In this document: positions 61,934-64,000 of the stretch, piece by piece | Layout of the letters: every line of letters begins with the position of its first letter | Numbering within the stretch: position 1 is the first letter of the stretch | Source: Tepidiformaceae bacterium | GTDB lineage: Bacteria; Chloroflexota; Dehalococcoidia; Tepidiformales; Tepidiformaceae | Reading direction: 5' to 3' | Assembly: GCA_965202995.1 (NCBI GenBank) | Contig: OZ241861.1 | Span: forward strand, 483,299-547,298 | DNA: 64,000 nucleotides | Made by a program: the position numbers and the translations under genes | Notes under the pieces: generated by a model | Seen by the model: the letters and a program-made list of their open reading frames with translations, nothing else | Told to the model about the DNA's origin: nothing | Databases searched by the model: none

Positions 61934-63394
61934 GTGGCGAACGCGGCGGCGGGGGCGCGGGCGGCCTGGCCGCTGGTGATCGCGCTCGGGCTGGGCGTCT
62001 TCGTGGGGGGCTTCGACCAGACCTTCGTGGTCCCCGTGCTGGCCGCCATGCTCGGCGACCTGGGCGTGGCCGTGGACGAGCTCGAACGCAGCTCCTGGAT
62101 CCTGAACGGCTACCTGCTCGGCTACACCGTCGCGCTGCCGCTCATGGGCCGCCTGACCGACGTGTACGGCGCGCGGCGCGTCTTCACGGCGGGGATGCTC
62201 GTGTTCATGGGCGGCTCCGTGCTCGTGGCGCTCGCGCCGAACCTGCCCCTGCTGGCGGCGGCGCGCGCGGTGACGGCCATGGGCGGGGGCGCGCTCGTGC
62301 CCGTGGCGCTGTCCGTGGCCGCGCGACGGCTGCCGCGCTCGCGGCGCGCGCTGGGGCTGGGCGCCATCTCCACGCTCGACGACGCCTCCAGCCTGGCGGG
62401 GCCGCTCTGGGGCACGCTCATCGGCGTCTGGCTCGGCTGGCGCGGCCTCTTCTGGATGAACATCGCCCTCGCCCTGCCCGTGCTCGCGGTCGTGCTCGTC
62501 CTGCTGGCCCGCGCCAGCGACGACGCGGCGCGCGCTCCCCGCGAGCGCGTGGACTGGCCCGGCGCGCTGCTGCTGGCGGGCGCGCTCACGGCGCTCACCT
62601 TCGCGCTGGCGGGCGCGGGCGAGCGGCTGCGCGAACCCTGGGCGGCGGCGCTGCTGCCGGCGGGCGCGGCGGCGCTGCTGGCGGCCTTCGTCGCGCGCCA
62701 GCTGCGCGTGGCCGCGCCCCTCGTGGACGTGCGCATGTTCCGCCGCCCGCGCGTGGCCCTCGCCAACGCCGTCTTCCTGCTGGAGGGCATGGCGCTGGTC
62801 ACGGCCTTCGTGAACGTGCCCCTGCTGGCCGACCTCGTCTGGGGGCTGGAGGGCGCGGGGCCAGGGCTGATGCTGGGGCGCATGGTGCTGTTCATGGCCG
62901 TGGGCGGGCTGGCGGGAGGCGCCCTCGCCACACTGGCGGGCTACCGCCTCGTATCCCTGCTGGGATTCGCCCTCGCCGCCGCCGGGCTCTTCGCCATGGC
63001 CGCCTGGGCCGACCAACCGGGCCCGGCCTCGCTCTGGATCGCGCTGGGGCTGGCGGGGCTGGGCTTCACGCTCGCCGACGCCTCCCTCTACGCGACCGTC
63101 ATCGAGGGCGTGGAGGAGGCGCGGCGCGCGTCCGCCGCCGCCGTGCTCCAGCTCTGGCAGACGCTGGGCATGATCGTGGGCGTGGCCATCCTCAGTTCGC
63201 GCGGGCTGGGGCGCTTCGACGAGCGCGCCGCGAGCCTCTTCGCCGCCGACCTCTTCGACATCACCGAGGCGCAGCTGCTCACCGTCGTGCGCCAGACGAT
63301 GAACGAGACGTTCGTGGCGGCGGGCGCGCTCATGGTCGTCGCCGCCGCGCTCGCGCTGGGCCTCGGCGGCGGACGCCTGCGCGGCGGAGGGTGA
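61934..63394 (+). CDS. MFS transporter (DHA2/EmrB-like, P55-like)
   Basis: ORF-track 61934..63394. It has multiple TM helices and the MFS motif A-like GRLTDVYGARRV. Confidence 0.85.
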   Translation: MANAAAGARAAWPLVIALGLGVFVGGFDQTFVVPVLAAMLGDLGVAVDELERSSWILNGYLLGYTVALPLMGRLTDVYGARRVFTAGMLVFMGGSVLVALAPNLPLLAAARAVTAMGGGALVPVALSVAARRLPRSRRALGLGAISTLDDASSLAGPLWGTLIGVWLGWRGLFWMNIALALPVLAVVLVLLARASDDAARAPRERVDWPGALLLAGALTALTFALAGAGERLREPWAAALLPAGAAALLAAFVARQLRVAAPLVDVRMFRRPRVALANAVFLLEGMALVTAFVNVPLLADLVWGLEGAGPGLMLGRMVLFMAVGGLAGGALATLAGYRLVSLLGFALAAAGLFAMAAWADQPGPASLWIALGLAGLGFTLADASLYATVIEGVEEARRASAAAVLQLWQTLGMIVGVAILSSRGLGRFDERAASLFAADLFDITEAQLLTVVRQTMNETFVAAGALMVVAAALALGLGGGRLRGGG

Positions 63395-63405
63395 GCGCCG
63401 CCCGC

Positions 63406-64000
63406 TCAGTCGGTGAAGACGCCGCCGTGCGGGTGCAGCATCGCGCCCGTGTAGAAGCTGGCGTCGTCGCTGGCCAGGAAGAGCGCCGTCCGCGCCACCT
63501 CGGCGGGGCGGCCCATGCGGCGCATGGGCGTGAGGCGCATGGCCCACGCGCCCGTGTCGGCCTCGTCGATGCCCGCCGTCATGGGCGTCTCGATGAAGCC
63601 GGGGCCGATGGCGTTCACGCGCACGCCGTGCGGGGCCAGCTCCAGCGCCAGCACCTTCGTCAGCATCCACACGCCCGCCTTCGAGACGCAGTAGGGGCCC
63701 ACGCCCTGCAGCGGCACCTTCGCCATGATGGAGGCCACGTTGACGATGGCCCCGCCGTTGCCCGCCGCCACCATGCGGCGCGCCACGGCGCGGGCGGAGA
63801 GCATGACGCCCGTGAGGTTCACGTCGAGCACCTTCTGCCAGGCCTCGACGGGCGCGTTCAGGAGGTGCGTGGCGGTGGGATCGGACTCCGCGTGGGGGGC
63901 GATGCCCTCGGGGTCGAGGTAGCGCCAGTTGCTGATGCCCGCCGCCGCCAGCAGCACGTCGATGCCGCCGAAGGCCGCCTCGGCGTCCCGCGCCAGCGTC
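63406..64000 (-). CDS. SDR-family oxidoreductase (N-terminus outside the window)
   Basis: ORF-track 63406..63957. The same frame stays open to nt 64000 (...FGGIDVLLAAAGIS). YCVSKAG and PGFIETPM are present. Confidence 0.85.
   Translation of the reverse strand, partial: TLARDAEAAFGGIDVLLAAAGISNWRYLDPEGIAPHAESDPTATHLLNAPVEAWQKVLDVNLTGVMLSARAVARRMVAAGNGGAIVNVASIMAKVPLQGVGPYCVSKAGVWMLTKVLALELAPHGVRVNAIGPGFIETPMTAGIDEADTGAWAMRLTPMRRMGRPAEVARTALFLASDDASFYTGAMLHPHGGVFTD

Overview
Very GC-rich bacterial chromosomal segment: hand-counted sample lines give about 73% G+C in ordinary genes. It is densely packed with about 70 protein genes, many joined by 1-4 nt overlaps (ATGA, GTGA, TGATG). I recognised no rRNA, tRNA, CRISPR array, transposase or integrase.

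Housekeeping content:
- nadB-nadC, relA, hisS-prfA-prmC, rsmI-metG-tatD-polyprenyl synthase, and the dnaX-ybaB-recR-recO array
- a ctaG-sco-pcuAC copper/cytochrome-oxidase assembly operon
- an LprG-like lipoprotein plus MFS pair
- many SDR, LLM, P450 and molybdoenzyme oxidoreductases

The gene content suggests a high-GC Chloroflexota- or Actinomycetota-type organism. This is inference only.

The accessory or unusual parts are:
1. A low-GC islet of about 1.8 kb (3970-5786). It is bracketed by 42-bp direct repeats and carries its own promoter. It encodes a translationally coupled DUF262 (ParB-like) and HEPN (Rx4H) gene pair. This is my best candidate for an uncharacterised two-gene defence or abortive-infection module.
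2. A type I R-M operon, hsdR-hsdS-hsdM (9937-15022). Its hsdS is split by a single in-frame TGA sitting in the loop of a perfect 15-bp hairpin.
3. A candidate ydaO/kimA-class c-di-AMP riboswitch on the minus strand (about 48041-48152). It lies upstream of a 67-codon ORF and the dnaX-ybaB-recR-recO array.
4. A 900-aa ArnT/PMT-like glycosyltransferase whose low-GC 3' part encodes three tandem copies of an unrecognised domain of about 125 aa.
5. Several small unknown two-gene cassettes, a decayed DUF433/DUF5615 toxin-antitoxin locus, and in-frame tandem repeats in an SCO signal peptide and a DUF1640-like coiled-coil protein.

All family assignments come from motif recognition by eye. No searches were run.
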